Virus record (IMG/VR): IMGVR_UViG_3300032007_000033 | Location: 115,410 to 135,409 of that record | Direction: 5' to 3' (one strand) | Length of the DNA: 20,000 nt | Source of the DNA: an uncultured virus (IMG/VR IMGVR_UViG_3300032007_000033) | Lineage: Duplodnaviria; Heunggongvirae; Uroviricota; Caudoviricetes | Shown here: positions 17,862 to 20,000 of the stretch, in pieces | Numbering within the stretch: position 1 is the first letter of the stretch | How the letters are laid out: every line of letters starts with the position of its first letter | Notes under the pieces: generated by a model | Databases searched by the model: none | What the model was told of the DNA's origin: nothing | The model's input: only the letters and a program-made list of their open reading frames with translations | Translations under genes and position numbers: made by a program

Positions 17862-18230
17862 AACGGTTGGAATGACTTCGTGAATAATTGCGAGTTGGGT
17901 GATATAGAAGATTACACAAACATAATTCCGCATGAAACAAGTGTGCCACAAAATTATTACACGGCGGAATACGATGGGTTTGTTGAGATTTCATTTGGGT
18001 CTAGTTCAACAACATCAAGGACAAAAACCTACTTGATAATTAACAACACCATCGTAGGATATGGAGGAACAGTCGGATATTTGAATAATTGCGGAGAAAC
18101 AGGAGGAAATATATGTGCTCCTGTCAAGAAAAATGATGAAATTAAAGTAACAACAATTACAAGTCCAACTTATTTTGAATTCAAAATTTATTGTAGATTT
18201 TATAAACTTAGAGATTATTCTAACAGATAA
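17862..18230 (+). CDS. silent cassette 11 (family A)
   Basis: NGWNDFVNNCELGDIEDY...EYDGF...PVKKND...FYKLRDYSNR. Confidence 0.88.
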   Translation, partial: NGWNDFVNNCELGDIEDYTNIIPHETSVPQNYYTAEYDGFVEISFGSSSTTSRTKTYLIINNTIVGYGGTVGYLNNCGETGGNICAPVKKNDEIKVTTITSPTYFEFKIYCRFYKLRDYSNR

Positions 18231-18243
18231 CTCACTCTAGCGG

Positions 18244-18597
18244 AACGGCCAAGTTGAGTTGCTTGGTTATTCGACAGAAGAGAGATGGACGGGCAAATAT
18301 TGGACTGACGGAAAAAAGATATATTCAAAAACATTTAGTGTAACTGCTAGCGGTGATTATACATTAAATAATGTTGACACTGTTATAAACTTTGAAGCCA
18401 CCGCTTTGAATAACAATTCATATTGGAGACCCTGTGACGGATTCTTAACTACTCTTGGGAGCAACCAAATAAACGGAACTACCATTGATGTTAATTATGC
18501 AGCAAACAAATTCCATATCGGCTACTTGGGAGAAGGTATGGGATATACATTCACAAAGGCCAATGTAACAGTTTATTACACTAAGACCACAGACTAG
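18244..18597 (+). CDS. silent cassette 12 (family B)
   Basis: NGQVELLGYSTEERWTGKYWTDGKKIY...YYTKTTD. Confidence 0.88.
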   Translation, partial: NGQVELLGYSTEERWTGKYWTDGKKIYSKTFSVTASGDYTLNNVDTVINFEATALNNNSYWRPCDGFLTTLGSNQINGTTIDVNYAANKFHIGYLGEGMGYTFTKANVTVYYTKTTD

Positions 18598-18600
18598 CGG

Positions 18601-18739
18601 TTGACAAAACCGCATTACTAGCCTTATAATGCCATTATTCGGGTGTGTTGACCCATTTGCACAGATGTGTCAAACCAACAAATAATCCTTGCGGAGACAT
18701 CACGGCACTGCGAATGCCGTCTTCGCAAGGATTTTTTTT
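18601..18739 (+). ncRNA. putative small structured RNA with its own promoter and terminator
   Basis: TTGACA (18601), 18 bp, TATAAT (18625-18630); hairpin TTGAC-CATTTG/CAGATG-GTCAA; long hairpin AATCCTTGCG...ACGGCA/TGCCGT...CGCAAGGATT followed by a U run. Confidence 0.55.
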
Positions 18740-19082
18740 AGCGGTTGGAGTAGTCGCGCTTTTTGTAAAAATTGCCAAAAGATTTAAAACTTCCAGCTTC
18801 AAGGCGTGTCAAAGAGCAATAAACTGAATCCCCTTTTGAAATTGCCAATGATTGTGAAACAGTAAAATTATAAAGTGATGAAACATTGTAATTATCAAAA
18901 AAATCAACTCCATTTATGTAAATGTGAAAATCTGAACCATTGCCTCCAGTTCCTGTTGTATTGAATCCTGCTCTTATGAATCCGTCATAATCCATTATTG
19001 TCGGATTATTGGGGTCAGTTGATAAAGTTATGTTTTCCCAACCGTCCAACTCACAATTATTAACGAAGTCGTTATGGCCGTT
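18738..19082 (-). CDS. silent cassette 13 (family A)
   Basis: NGHNDFVNNCELDGW...MDYDGF...FYKKRDYSNR. Confidence 0.88.
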   Translation of the reverse strand, partial: NGHNDFVNNCELDGWENITLSTDPNNPTIMDYDGFIRAGFNTTGTGGNGSDFHIYINGVDFFDNYNVSSLYNFTVSQSLAISKGDSVYCSLTRLEAGSFKSFGNFYKKRDYSNR

Positions 19083-19090
19083 CCGCTATA

Positions 19091-19831
19091 TTATAACTCT
19101 CGTTCTTTGTAGAACCGAGCTGAAAACATAGAAGTAGCAGAATCTGTTGGACCAATCATTTGAATTGAAAAAATATCACCCTTACTTACATAAGTGGAAT
19201 AAGAAAATTTATTAGCACTTCCACTTGTCGAAAAAATTTCAATTCCATTAATTGTTATACTTCTGTTATAAGATGTTTCAATTCCAAAATATAAAAAACC
19301 GTCGTAAGGACATACATAAGGAAAATAATTTGAAAATCGAGTATCTGCCCACGTATAGATTACTTCCACTTCGCTCAAATGCTCGCTCTCGCTTTGGCCG
19401 TTCGCATAGATTGAGTAAGTCGTTGATGAGAGGACTAATGGGTTACCAATAACCACAAACGCAGGATTTCCGCTTCCGTCGTCGCTCGTGTAATACATCT
19501 CCAACACAGTGTTGGGGTCGAGAACTTTGTACACAGTCGTTCCGCTTTCATCCATCGCGTGAATGGGAAGCGGTTGCAAAGTTCCGTTCACATTCGCGTC
19601 GACTTGAATTCCGTTCAAAGTCATGTAGTCAGTAGAGTTGGAGGCGTCGTGTCCTTGCGAGAACACTACCTTGAACGCCAAGTTGGTGTCAGGCGCGCTC
19701 TCGTCAAATCCCAACGGAAAAGTGACGCTCTTGGCCGAGCCTTTCGCTTGGCTCGCGATTAAAACATTTCCGAATCCGCATAAAGAGTAGTCCTTGTTCG
19801 TGGCTTCCTTCTTGAATGAATCTATGTACAT
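19091..19831 (-). CDS. expressed shufflon gene: 143-aa constant region plus cassette 14; probable tail-fibre/receptor-binding protein
   Basis: AGGAGG RBS and ATG. A crossover site is read in frame as SIYA-NG-QSE at 19389-19414. The C-terminal part (PYDGF...ING...VSKGD...RFYKER) is homologous to the silent family A cassettes. Confidence 0.88.
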   Translation of the reverse strand: MYIDSFKKEATNKDYSLCGFGNVLIASQAKGSAKSVTFPLGFDESAPDTNLAFKVVFSQGHDASNSTDYMTLNGIQVDANVNGTLQPLPIHAMDESGTTVYKVLDPNTVLEMYYTSDDGSGNPAFVVIGNPLVLSSTTYSIYANGQSESEHLSEVEVIYTWADTRFSNYFPYVCPYDGFLYFGIETSYNRSITINGIEIFSTSGSANKFSYSTYVSKGDIFSIQMIGPTDSATSMFSARFYKEREL

Positions 19832-19914
19832 ATTGTTCCTCCTAAAATTCTACAAATAAAATAGTTAATGTTTTGGGATTTTAGATGAAAAAATTCGGTT
19901 AGTCAATCTATGCG

Positions 19915-20000
19915 AACGGTTGGAATGACTTCGTGAATAATTGCGAGTTGGGTGATATAGAAGATTACACAAACATAATTCCGCATGAAACAAGTGTGCC
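19915..20000 (+). CDS. cassette 15 (partial; identical to the start of cassette 11)
   Basis: 19913-20000 is identical to 17860-17947. Confidence 0.8.

Larger units (their letters stand above)
17850..19928. repeat. shufflon array 2: five 26-bp crossover sites including the expression site
   Basis: + 17850-17875, + 18232-18257, - 19069-19094, - 19389-19414 (within the expressed gene), + 19903-19928. Confidence 0.95.

Noticed and set aside
18645..18827. 60-aa plus-strand ORF
   Set aside because: No RBS, crosses a terminator-like hairpin and overlaps cassette 13 antisense
11118..19049. ORF-track starts for the cassettes as independent genes
   Set aside because: They use internal ATG/GTG/TTG codons without an RBS; each frame actually opens at the crossover site
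11028..19402. Diversity-generating retroelement
   Set aside because: No reverse transcriptase in the window and no template/variable pair differing only at adenines; the cassettes differ throughout
11016..19928. TAG stop-codon recoding allowing read-through between cassettes
   Set aside because: Long genes are intact in the standard code, several end in TAG, and TAA occupies the same position at other sites

Overview
AT-rich segment of what looks like a large bacteriophage genome. The left half (1-11000) has mostly minus-strand genes: two tandem DNA methyltransferases, many small hypothetical ORFs, a four-TM holin-like protein, an IS200/IS605 element (tnpA with a Tyr->Cys change at the catalytic position, plus tnpB) and an ABC-ATPase/GNAT pair joined by an A7 slippery site. 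The right half (11016-20000) holds a large serine-invertase shufflon. I count 15 related 26-bp crossover sites (12-bp arm, AA core, 12-bp arm; invariant GAACGG), each opening an in-frame, start-less cassette of about 95-120 aa from at least three structural families. One cassette is fused to a 143-aa constant N-terminus (19831-19403), a probable tail-fibre/receptor-binding protein. The cassettes lie in two arrays flanking the invertase and two unrelated genes (a possible beta-clamp and an unknown protein), and the constant region is itself flanked by inverted sites. All calls come from reading the sequence; no database search was run.
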